From Candidatus Nomurabacteria bacterium (lineage in GTDB: Bacteria; Patescibacteriota; Minisyncoccia; Phycocordibacterales; UBA9973), in the NCBI GenBank assembly GCA_943350445.1, contig CALRAE010000002.1, positions 2,134 through 66,133 of the forward strand: 64,000 nucleotides of DNA, given 5' to 3'. The notes beneath the pieces were generated by a model. It had not been told where the DNA came from. It saw nothing but the letters and a program-made list of their open reading frames with translations, and searched no databases. Shown piece after piece: positions 52,567 to 60,994 of the stretch. The position numbers and the translations under genes are program-made. How positions within the stretch are numbered: the first letter of the stretch is position 1; each line of letters begins with the position of its first letter.

Positions 52567-54146
52567 TATTTTATCTTAAACATTTCTTTTGGTAGTTCGT
52601 ATTTTTTTATAATTTCTTTGTTTTCTTCATTTCGATAAAGAAATATGATCGTCTGATCATCGACGTATATCGGCGCCCAGAGTGGGTCACTTACACGAGA
52701 TATGAGAAAAGTCTGTGACCATGGTGTGTAATCCAGTCTATAAAAAAATATAGCATTAAATTTATTTTTCTTCAATTCTTGTTCCCAAATATCTTCTCGT
52801 TCTTGCATTGGCACGTATATGTTTTTAAAAAATTCTTTTGGGTAGGCTTCTGGTCGATTGTCCACGAACACACGCTCTTTTGGGAAAAATCCGAAAATCA
52901 TAAGTCCACCAATATCGTAATTATTGAAAAATGGTCCATGTATTTTGTTGTTTTTTATAAATTCAATTGGAGCTAATTGTTTTTTATTTATTCCAATTCC
53001 AAAATCACGATTCCACGGCAATTTTGTAGAAAACTGAAACATCGTTACTGTGATAAGAATAAGAGAAAACACTGCGTAAAAAATTACTTTAACGTCAACA
53101 TCTGTCTTGTAGTTTATCTTGTTCTCTAGTATTTTTTTAATTACGGTTAGATTGTAAACTAGGAGAGGGAGAGACAATAAGGCAAAAGCAGGAATATGGC
53201 GAATGCCGAAATATCCGAGTACTGCAAAGACTAGTGCGATGACTGAAAGTGCTAGTAAGAAACTTTTTCTTTGTTTTATTATGATGACAATAGAGGTTGT
53301 AATAATAAGTAAGAGTATAATTTTATACCAAAAAAATTCAGGATTAATAAAAGATAAATGTTCTAGAAAATTTATGGATTGATTTTCTACAATCCTATAT
53401 CCGTAATTTTGGAAAATAGTAAATGGATATAAGGCACCTTTGATCCCATAAGGAGTGATACACATCGCTATGAAGCTCGATAGTAATATTATTCCCAGTT
53501 TTTTTACTTTCTCCTTATTTTTTAGAAATAAGGCTTCAATTAAAAATATGCCGATCAAAAATGGTCCAAAAATAAAATAAATATGCATATTTGCCCAAAT
53601 TAGTTCTAGAAATGGTATGAGCCAAATCATACGATATGAGATCTTATCTTTAGAGTATCTATAAAGTAGATATAAAAAAACTGCGAGAAAAAAATAACTC
53701 AATCCTTCAGGTCTGATTTCTGTACGCCCAGCAATGAGAGGTATAAGAAAAACGCTTGTGAAAAACAAAATACTTTTATCAGCTTCATCGCTCATTACCA
53801 CCAGTGTGAAAATAAGAGCTCCTAATACAAGTAAAAAATAGAAAATAGACAACCCATTGAAACCAAGAATGCTAAAAATAAGATAAATGATTATACCGCT
53901 TCCCCAATGGTGATTTATAAACGGAAAATCAGGATGTGTGTAAGAAAATAAATTTGTATAAAGTATATCTTTTTTTGAAATGTCATACTGGGCGTTATTT
54001 AGGAGAATATTGCCGTTTGCAATATGTCGTCCAATGTCTGAAGTGGGTAAGTTTATTTTATGGAATGAAAATAAAACCAAGAAAAGTGAAAGCAAGATCA
54101 AAATTATCCATAAAGATTTGTTCATGATTTTTAAAAATTGTAGCAT
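52566..54146 (-). CDS. Polytopic membrane protein, probable GT-C-fold (ArnT/PMT-like) glycosyltransferase partner of the upstream GT2
   Basis: 526 aa with at least 10 predicted TM segments. Start-stop overlap with the GT2 gene. Confidence 0.45.
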   Translation of the reverse strand: MLQFLKIMNKSLWIILILLSLFLVLFSFHKINLPTSDIGRHIANGNILLNNAQYDISKKDILYTNLFSYTHPDFPFINHHWGSGIIIYLIFSILGFNGLSIFYFLLVLGALIFTLVVMSDEADKSILFFTSVFLIPLIAGRTEIRPEGLSYFFLAVFLYLLYRYSKDKISYRMIWLIPFLELIWANMHIYFIFGPFLIGIFLIEALFLKNKEKVKKLGIILLSSFIAMCITPYGIKGALYPFTIFQNYGYRIVENQSINFLEHLSFINPEFFWYKIILLLIITTSIVIIIKQRKSFLLALSVIALVFAVLGYFGIRHIPAFALLSLPLLVYNLTVIKKILENKINYKTDVDVKVIFYAVFSLILITVTMFQFSTKLPWNRDFGIGINKKQLAPIEFIKNNKIHGPFFNNYDIGGLMIFGFFPKERVFVDNRPEAYPKEFFKNIYVPMQEREDIWEQELKKNKFNAIFFYRLDYTPWSQTFLISRVSDPLWAPIYVDDQTIIFLYRNEENKEIIKKYELPKEMFKIK

Positions 54147-54254
54147 ATATCTAGAATAAATATGTTTTCAACTAAAAACTTGTTGTTTTTATAAAAGTAT
54201 GTTATTATAAATTTAGTTAAAAACAGGCCTTCGGGCTTTTTTGTTTAACCCAAT

Positions 54255-56060
54255 ATGGAAATACGAAACATAGCAATCATAGCTCACGTCGACCATGGCA
54301 AGACTACTTTGACTGATGGTTTGATGAAGCAAAATGGCGGACTACAAGATGAAGGAATATCGATGGACTCAAATGCCCTAGAAAAAGAGCGCGGTATTAC
54401 TATTTACGCTAAAAATACTTCCATAACCTATAAAGACACAAAAATAAACATTGTGGATACTCCTGGGCACGCGGATTTCGGGTCTGAGGTGGAACGTGTG
54501 CTTCGAGCTGTTGATTCTGTGCTTTTATTGGTGGATGCGGTTGAAGGACCGATGCCACAGACTAGATTCGTTTTGAAAAAATCTCTTGAGCTCGGACTCA
54601 AACCTATCGTTGTTATAAATAAAATTGATAAACCAGCAGCCGAGCCAGATCGAGTGCATAATGAGATTTTAGAATTATTTTTCGAGCTTGGTGCAAACGA
54701 AGAACAGGCAAACTTTGAAACAGTTTATGCCATCGGACGTGAGGGTAAGGCTTTCAAGAAATTGGGTGATGCGTCGAAAGATCTATCTCCACTTTTAGAT
54801 TTAATTTTAGAAAAAGTGCCACCAGCTTCAGTAAATCCAGATGGTAAAATGTCTGCGCAAGTTTTCAACTTGGGGTATGACAATTTCTTGGGCAGAATGG
54901 CCGTCGCTCGTATTTACTCTGGCAAAATTTCAACTTCCAGTAATATTTCCGTAAAGGGTGAAAATGGAACACGTAAGGGTAAGATAACCAAACTATTTTC
55001 TTTCCAAGGAATCGAAAGAAAAGAAGTAGAATCTGCAACTTCGGGAGACATAGTGATGCTCGCTGGTATTCCAGACATATATATTGGTGAGACTGTGTGT
55101 GAGGATGATTCTGTGGAGCCATTACCACACATTGCTATCGATGAACCGACACTGTCGCTTAACTTTTTAGTAAACGACTCTCCATTTGCGGGCAAAGAAG
55201 GTAAATTTGTTACTTCAAGACAGATTAAAGAAAGACTCGAAAAAGAGCTTGAGATAAACGTAGGACTCCGAGTGGATTTTTCTCCAGATCAAGGCGATAA
55301 ATTTGGCCCTAGCTTTTTTAAAGTATACGGACGTGGAGAGCTTCACGTCGCTATTCTTTTAGAATATATGCGTCGTGAAGGATTTGAAATGCAGGTGTCT
55401 CAGCCGGAGGTTATTATTAAAGAAGAGAATGGTCAAAAGACAGAACCCTATGAAGAGCTGGTAATAGATGTGCCTATGGAGGCGAGTGGTAGTGTAATAG
55501 AAAAAATAGGTAAAAGACGTGGAATCATGAAAGACATGGTGGAGAAAGAGGGCATCGCTCGAGTTATTTTTGACATACCTACGCGTGGACTTTTGGGCTA
55601 TCGTGGTGAATTTATTATCGACACAAAAGGAGAGGGAATTATGAGTTCTCGAGTTACAGGATTCAGAGAATACGCGGGAGAAATAAAGAAACGAGAGTAT
55701 GGCGCTATGACTTCGATGGTGGCTGGCAAGGCCGTAGCCTTTTCTCTTGCAAATCTACAAGAACGTGGTATACTGTACGTAGGACATGGTACAGAAGTCT
55801 ATGAAGGGATGGTTGTCGGTAACGTACTGAAAGGAGAAGACATGGCAGTGAACCCTACAAAAGGAAAACAACTGACCAACATGCGAGCTTCTGGTACTGA
55901 TGAAGCCATCGTTTTAAATCCTGTGTTTAGTTTGACCATAGAGAGAGCATTAGAGGTTATGAATGGAGATGAGTATCTAGAAATAACTCCGAAATCTGTC
56001 CGTTTACGCAAGAAATATTTGACGGAGCTTGATCGTAAGAAACATGGAGAAAAGAAGTAA
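54255..56060 (+). CDS. typA: Translational GTPase TypA/BipA
   Basis: IRNIAIIAHVDHGKTTL. DTPGHADF. NKIDK. EF-G-like domain layout of ~600 aa. Confidence 0.85.
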   Translation: MEIRNIAIIAHVDHGKTTLTDGLMKQNGGLQDEGISMDSNALEKERGITIYAKNTSITYKDTKINIVDTPGHADFGSEVERVLRAVDSVLLLVDAVEGPMPQTRFVLKKSLELGLKPIVVINKIDKPAAEPDRVHNEILELFFELGANEEQANFETVYAIGREGKAFKKLGDASKDLSPLLDLILEKVPPASVNPDGKMSAQVFNLGYDNFLGRMAVARIYSGKISTSSNISVKGENGTRKGKITKLFSFQGIERKEVESATSGDIVMLAGIPDIYIGETVCEDDSVEPLPHIAIDEPTLSLNFLVNDSPFAGKEGKFVTSRQIKERLEKELEINVGLRVDFSPDQGDKFGPSFFKVYGRGELHVAILLEYMRREGFEMQVSQPEVIIKEENGQKTEPYEELVIDVPMEASGSVIEKIGKRRGIMKDMVEKEGIARVIFDIPTRGLLGYRGEFIIDTKGEGIMSSRVTGFREYAGEIKKREYGAMTSMVAGKAVAFSLANLQERGILYVGHGTEVYEGMVVGNVLKGEDMAVNPTKGKQLTNMRASGTDEAIVLNPVFSLTIERALEVMNGDEYLEITPKSVRLRKKYLTELDRKKHGEKK

Positions 56061-57126
56061 TCAATTAAAATTCTTTATAACTTTAAACCAATTTATTATG
56101 TTAATAATATCATTTAAACCAAAAAAAATAACAAAGAAGATAGCTTCACAGCTCGCCCCTCGAGCTTCTGATGTTATTATGAACCGTTTTGGTTTGACTG
56201 CTGATGGTAAAATAAAAACTCTCGAAGAGATCGGACAAAAATATAACATTACTCGAGAACGTGTGCGGCAGGTGGAAGATGCAGCATTAAATTTTATCAA
56301 AAAGTCAGATGTTTACAAAGGGGAGCAGGCTGTTTTTGATGAACTAAAGCAACTAGTTCGTAAATTAGGTTCAGTGGTTGCCGAGCATGAGTTGTTGCCA
56401 CACATATCAAAAGATAAATTAACCCAGAATCATATCAATTTTTTCTTGGTTCTTTCTGATGCTTTCAAGAAGCATCGTGAAGATGAACATTTTCATGCTC
56501 GTTGGAGTGTGGATCATGATGTAGTAGATAGGGTACACGAAACATTACGCAAACTATATGCAAGTTTAAACGATGAAGACCTAGTCCCAGAGACAGAGAT
56601 GATTAAAAAGTTTTTTGATTATATGGGGGAGGTGACTGAAGAATACAGAGATGCTGAGATAGCTAAAAGATGGCTCTCTATGTCGAAGACTGTATCTCAG
56701 AATCCTCTTGGAGAGTGGGGTAGGACAAGTTCTCCAAACATACGCATTCGTGGTGTAAAAGACTATGCTTACTTGGTTATGAGAAAAAATGGTTCGCCGA
56801 TGCATTTCAAGGAAGTCGCAGATGCTATCTCAAAGACTTTCAGTAAAAAAATTCACTATGCTACTTGTCATAATGAGCTGATCAAGGACCACAGATTCGT
56901 CCTTGTGGGCCGAGGTATGTATGCTCTCGCTGAGTGGGGTTATAAGAAGGGCATCGCTCGCGAAGTTATCGCAGATATTTTAAAGCGTGAAGGCGCACTC
57001 TCCAAAGAAGAAGTAATTAAACGAGTAAACAAGGAAAGATATTTCAAGAAAAACACTATTTTAGTCAATCTTGTAAATCCTAAATATTTCAAGAAGAATA
57101 AAGGTGGACTTTACGTAGCAGTTTAG
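56029..57126 (+). CDS. Sigma-70 region-4-like HTH + HARE-HTH domain protein of unknown function (true start probably internal)
   Basis: LEEIGQKYNITRERVRQVEDAAL resembles region 4.2. C-terminal DYAYLVMRKNGSPMHFKEVADAI...VLVGRGMYALAEW resembles the HARE-HTH (RpoE delta N-terminal) fold. Confidence 0.45.
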   Translation: MIVRNMEKRSNQLKFFITLNQFIMLIISFKPKKITKKIASQLAPRASDVIMNRFGLTADGKIKTLEEIGQKYNITRERVRQVEDAALNFIKKSDVYKGEQAVFDELKQLVRKLGSVVAEHELLPHISKDKLTQNHINFFLVLSDAFKKHREDEHFHARWSVDHDVVDRVHETLRKLYASLNDEDLVPETEMIKKFFDYMGEVTEEYRDAEIAKRWLSMSKTVSQNPLGEWGRTSSPNIRIRGVKDYAYLVMRKNGSPMHFKEVADAISKTFSKKIHYATCHNELIKDHRFVLVGRGMYALAEWGYKKGIAREVIADILKREGALSKEEVIKRVNKERYFKKNTILVNLVNPKYFKKNKGGLYVAV

Positions 57127-57139
57127 ATAAAATAAGGGT

Positions 57140-58435
57140 ATGACTGATGCGGTTACCCATTTTATCTATAGTGTACTTTTAGCCATTGCTCCTTTTGTGG
57201 GCACTTTGGTGCTTGGCCGTATGGCATGGAGACTCTGGATTCACTATATACAACAGGATTTTATTTCTGGTATTGATTTCGTGTTGCTTGAGATTACTCC
57301 TCCACGTGATGTCGTCAGGTCTCCAAAGGCTATGGAGCTCTTTTTAACCAATGCTCTCTATCATATGAGTAATAAGGGTGGCAAAGAAGAATATTGGCAG
57401 GGTGCCGTCTGGTTTTGGTTTTCCTTAGAGATTGCTTCTATAGATGGACAAGTTCATTTCTATATACGTACACCAACGCGCGTTCGATCTTTAATTGAAA
57501 CACAACTATATGCTCAATATCCTCAAGCGCAGATAAGGGCGGTGGAGGATTATACGCTTTCAGTTGATGAGATAAGTCCAAAGAGTGCGTGGGATGGTTG
57601 GGGCTGTGAATTCAAACTAGAAAAATCTGAGGCATATCCAATAAAGACATATGTTGATTTTGGACTAGATAAAGATCCAAAAGAAGAGTTTAAGGTTGAT
57701 CCTATTTCGCCAGTGGTAGAGCTTTTTGGTTCTATACAAAAAGGAGAACAGATGTGGATGCAGATAATTATTACTCCAACGAAAAAGAGTTGGCATACAC
57801 ACGGGACTTGGTTTACTCATCATGGTTGGGTAGAGGAATCAAGAATGGTAATACAAAAACTATTAAAACCCTATACTACTACTCGTAAGCAAGCTCACAA
57901 TGAACATGAATTTGGAACTGAAGTACGCACCCCTATATTCTTAGATAGCGCTGTGAAGGCGATGAATGTTAAAATTACCAAGGTGGGTTTTGATACTGGT
58001 ATTCGAGTTTACTATGCTGCAAAGAAAGAAGTATTTAATCCAAATAATAAAAGAACCATGCGCCTTTTATTTCGTCAGTATGCAAAACCTGATTGTAATC
58101 AGTTAGAGCGTCATAATTCTACTCAAGCAGACGCTTATAGTGGTATATTTTTGGCTTCTTCAAATACTATTATGCTTTTAGCTAACAGAATGCTGAAAGA
58201 ATATCGAGAACGCTCCTTTTTTCATGATTCTCTAAGACAGGCAATTTTCTCTAAACACAATGTGCCTTGGCCACTCGATGGTATCATTAAGGCTTATTTC
58301 CATCCTTCGATTTTCGTTTTAAATACTGAAGAGATATCGACCTTGTGGCACTTCCCAGGTCAGATATTAAAAGTTCCTACTTTGGAGCGTATCGAATCAA
58401 AGGAAGCTTCTCCACCTACCAACTTACCGATATAG
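57140..58435 (+). CDS. Hypothetical protein (431 aa), membrane-anchored
   Basis: N-terminal hydrophobic helix. No recognisable family. Confidence 0.3.
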   Translation: MTDAVTHFIYSVLLAIAPFVGTLVLGRMAWRLWIHYIQQDFISGIDFVLLEITPPRDVVRSPKAMELFLTNALYHMSNKGGKEEYWQGAVWFWFSLEIASIDGQVHFYIRTPTRVRSLIETQLYAQYPQAQIRAVEDYTLSVDEISPKSAWDGWGCEFKLEKSEAYPIKTYVDFGLDKDPKEEFKVDPISPVVELFGSIQKGEQMWMQIIITPTKKSWHTHGTWFTHHGWVEESRMVIQKLLKPYTTTRKQAHNEHEFGTEVRTPIFLDSAVKAMNVKITKVGFDTGIRVYYAAKKEVFNPNNKRTMRLLFRQYAKPDCNQLERHNSTQADAYSGIFLASSNTIMLLANRMLKEYRERSFFHDSLRQAIFSKHNVPWPLDGIIKAYFHPSIFVLNTEEISTLWHFPGQILKVPTLERIESKEASPPTNLPI

Positions 58436-58438
58436 TTT

Positions 58439-59320
58439 ATGTATAACAAAAATATTTATTATACTTTGGGTGTAATTACGTTCTTTGTGTTGTTTTCCGT
58501 TTTTTTTATCAAACCACCGTTAGATTTTCCATCTGGAACTATATTTAAGATAGATGAAGGATCGAGCTTGCGCGGGGTGTCTTTGAAATTAAAAAATTCT
58601 AATATCATACGTTCTCGTCTTGCCTTCGAAGCCTTTGTAATACTTTTTGGTGGTGAAAAGCGTACTATGTCAGCGGATTATTTTTTTGAGAAAAAATTGC
58701 CGGTTTTTGAAATTGCACGGAGGATATCAAAAGGTGAACACCATATGGCGCCAATAGTGGTGACTATTCCTGAAGGTTTTACGATGGCTCAGATTTCCGA
58801 CACCTTTTTATTAAAATTATCTAATTTTAATAAAAATAAATTTATTTTAGAAGCTAAAGGTTTAGAAGGGTATCTTTTTCCAGACACTTACTTTTTTTTA
58901 ACTAATGACGATGAAACTAGTGTGCTTCTTTCAATGAAAGAAAATTTTAAAAAGAAAATTGCAATCCTTCGTTCTGACATTGCATCATCTAAACAGAGTG
59001 AAAGGGATATAATAATAATGGCTTCTTTGCTTGAAGGAGAGGCTAAGGGTGATATAGATAGGGAGTTTGTTTCTGGAATCTTGTGGAAGAGAATATCTAT
59101 CAACATGCCTCTCCAGGTAGACGTGGCACCTGTAACATATAAGACAAGGGGTCTTCCCAATAGCCCAATAGGTAATCCAGGCATGGAAGCGATAAAAGCC
59201 GCTATCTATCCAAAAACTTCACCTTATCTTTACTATTTACATGACAGGAATGGTGTTATACACTACGCTCGTTCGTTTGCGGAGCATCAAAATAACATAA
59301 GGAAGTATCTAACCCGGTAG
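58439..59320 (+). CDS. mltG: Endolytic murein transglycosylase MltG (YceG-like)
   Basis: N-terminal TM helix. MASLLEGEAKG. ..PLQVDVAPVTYKTRGLPNSPIGNPGMEAIKAAIYP. Confidence 0.75.
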   Translation: MYNKNIYYTLGVITFFVLFSVFFIKPPLDFPSGTIFKIDEGSSLRGVSLKLKNSNIIRSRLAFEAFVILFGGEKRTMSADYFFEKKLPVFEIARRISKGEHHMAPIVVTIPEGFTMAQISDTFLLKLSNFNKNKFILEAKGLEGYLFPDTYFFLTNDDETSVLLSMKENFKKKIAILRSDIASSKQSERDIIIMASLLEGEAKGDIDREFVSGILWKRISINMPLQVDVAPVTYKTRGLPNSPIGNPGMEAIKAAIYPKTSPYLYYLHDRNGVIHYARSFAEHQNNIRKYLTR

Positions 59321-60502
59321 GTGATTTTACTAAATCAAATAAATACAATGAAAAGAAAGAAAGTTTTTGTGGGGATGTCAGGGGGTGTTGACTCTGCAGT
59401 TAGTGCAGCACTACTTAAAAAAGATGGATGTGAAGTTATCGGGGTTTTTATCAAGACTTGGCATCCGGACTTTTTAGAGTGCAATGAAGAAGAAGAGCGT
59501 AGGGACGCCATGCGTGTGGCGGCTTTTTTAGATATTCCATTTTTAACTTTTGACTTAGAAGACGTTTACAAAAAAGAAGTGGCGGATTATATGATACGTG
59601 AATATAAAGCAGGGAGGACGCCTAACCCAGATGTGATGTGCAATAAAGAGGTGAAATTTGGTGCCTTTCTTAAAAAAGCTATTTTGATGGGGGCTGATTT
59701 TGTAGCGACAGGGCATTATGCGCAAAATGCAAATGAAAACTTCAAAAATTCTCCCACCTTCGCCCTCGGAGACAAGAGGACAGGGGACCGACACGGCTCC
59801 TTGAATTCTTCAAGTTTTCATTTGCAAAAAGGTGTTGACCCTTCCAAAGACCAAAGTTATTTCCTATGGACACTCACTCAAGAGCAATTAAAGAAAATTT
59901 TGTTTCCTGTCGGGCATTTAAAAAAGACTGAAGTCCGCAAGTTGGCGAAGAAATTTAAATTACCAGTAGCAGAAAAGAAAGATAGTCAGGGGATATGCTT
60001 TTTGGGTGCGGTGGATCTAAAAGAATTCTTAAAGCATTATATTAAGTCGAAACAAGGCGAGGTGCAAAATGAGAAAGGAGAAAAAATTGGTTTTCATGAT
60101 GGTGTAGTTTTTCATACACTCGGCGAACGTCATGGTTTTATTATCACTAAGAAAAGTCCGAATGACGGACCACACTATGTGGTTAGTAAAGATATTGCAA
60201 AAAATATATTAGTAGTTTCTCAGAAATCTCCCCTCCTTGTCGAGGAGGGGGTGGGGGGTGGTAATTCAAAAAAGAATTCCTTATCTATTATTGATACGAA
60301 TTGGATTTCTGAAATTCCAGAACCAAACAAAAATTACACAGCTCAGATACGGTATCATGGTGAATTTTTATCATGTAAAGTAGATTGTGCAACATCGGAT
60401 GTTGCACAATTGGTTTTTAAAAAACCAGTTTTGGTGGCTTCTGGGCAGTCTGTTGTGGCCTACGACGGTGATATTTGTCTTGGTGGTGGGGTTGTTGTAT
60501 GA
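59321..60502 (+). CDS. mnmA: tRNA 2-thiouridine(34) synthase MnmA, carrying two in-frame palindromic insertions
   Basis: PP-loop VGMSGGVDSAVSA. ATGHYA. KDQSYFL. C-terminal beta-barrel. Inserts at 59729..59825 (family A) and 60228..60266 (family B). Confidence 0.85.
   Translation: MILLNQINTMKRKKVFVGMSGGVDSAVSAALLKKDGCEVIGVFIKTWHPDFLECNEEEERRDAMRVAAFLDIPFLTFDLEDVYKKEVADYMIREYKAGRTPNPDVMCNKEVKFGAFLKKAILMGADFVATGHYAQNANENFKNSPTFALGDKRTGDRHGSLNSSSFHLQKGVDPSKDQSYFLWTLTQEQLKKILFPVGHLKKTEVRKLAKKFKLPVAEKKDSQGICFLGAVDLKEFLKHYIKSKQGEVQNEKGEKIGFHDGVVFHTLGERHGFIITKKSPNDGPHYVVSKDIAKNILVVSQKSPLLVEEGVGGGNSKKNSLSIIDTNWISEIPEPNKNYTAQIRYHGEFLSCKVDCATSDVAQLVFKKPVLVASGQSVVAYDGDICLGGGVVV
59729..59825. repeat. Family A palindromic element, copy 2, in frame inside mnmA. 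Same core as the pheS copy, with a copy-specific 23-bp flanking IR (2 mismatches)
   Basis: Flanks GCAAATGAAAACTTcAAaAATTC / GAATTCTTCAAGTTTTCATTTGC. The core matches 5584..5649 with few substitutions. Confidence 0.7.
60228..60266. repeat. Family B element in frame inside mnmA: CTCCCCTCCTTGtcgAGGAGGGGGtGGGGGGTGGTAATTC
   Basis: Perfect palindrome plus the GGGGTGGTAATT tail shared with the pheT copy. Encodes ..LVEEGVGGGNSK.. Confidence 0.65.
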
Positions 60503-60509
60503 TATATAC

Positions 60510-60983
60510 ATGTATGAATTTTTAACACAAAATAGTGATTTAATTTTAAAACTAGTCTTGGCAGTTGGGCTGGGTATGATTATTGGCGCTGAACGTATCT
60601 TGGCACACAAAGAAGCAGGGATGAAGACACATGCACTTGTGTCCCTCGGCTCAGCCCTTTTTATAATTATTTCTGAAATGATAGTTCTGAAGTATGGAGA
60701 TATCGGAGGTTTTGATCCGACCAGAATAGCTTCGCAAGTCATTGTGGGTATAGGATTTTTGGGTGCTGGATCTATAATATTTCAAGGTAATAGACTTTTA
60801 GGCCTGACGACTGCTGGTGGACTTTGGGTGACTGCTGGCATCGGTATGGCGACTGGATTTGGTTTTTATGGTTTAGCAATCATCACTACATTTATAGTAC
60901 TTTTAGTTTTGGTTTTGATGAATATTTTAGAGAGGCCCATCAGGAGAATGTTTGACGGTGTGGATAAGCCTGAGGCCAAATAA
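60510..60983 (+). CDS. MgtC/SapB-family membrane protein (short)
   Basis: LAVGLGMIIGAER, DPTRIASQVIVGIGFLGAGSI, GLTTAGGLWVTAGIGMA. The track ORF begins at 60387 inside mnmA; the first in-frame ATG after the mnmA stop is 60510. Confidence 0.65.
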   Translation: MYEFLTQNSDLILKLVLAVGLGMIIGAERILAHKEAGMKTHALVSLGSALFIIISEMIVLKYGDIGGFDPTRIASQVIVGIGFLGAGSIIFQGNRLLGLTTAGGLWVTAGIGMATGFGFYGLAIITTFIVLLVLVLMNILERPIRRMFDGVDKPEAK

Positions 60984-60994
60984 ATAATACGCAT

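Noticed and set aside
54220-54250. Terminator-like hairpin AGGCC-TTCG-GGCTT with flanking A and T tracts immediately upstream of typA
   Set aside because: It sits between a plausible typA promoter (TTGTTG-17-TATTAT) and the start codon, within ~10 nt of the predicted TSS. That is more likely a 5'-UTR structure than a functional terminator. Noted but not called.
60387-60509. N-terminal 41-aa extension of the MgtC-family ORF overlapping the end of mnmA
   Set aside because: The extension is out of frame with mnmA and has no MgtC similarity. The first in-frame ATG after the mnmA stop (60510) gives a protein that begins just before the first conserved MgtC helix.
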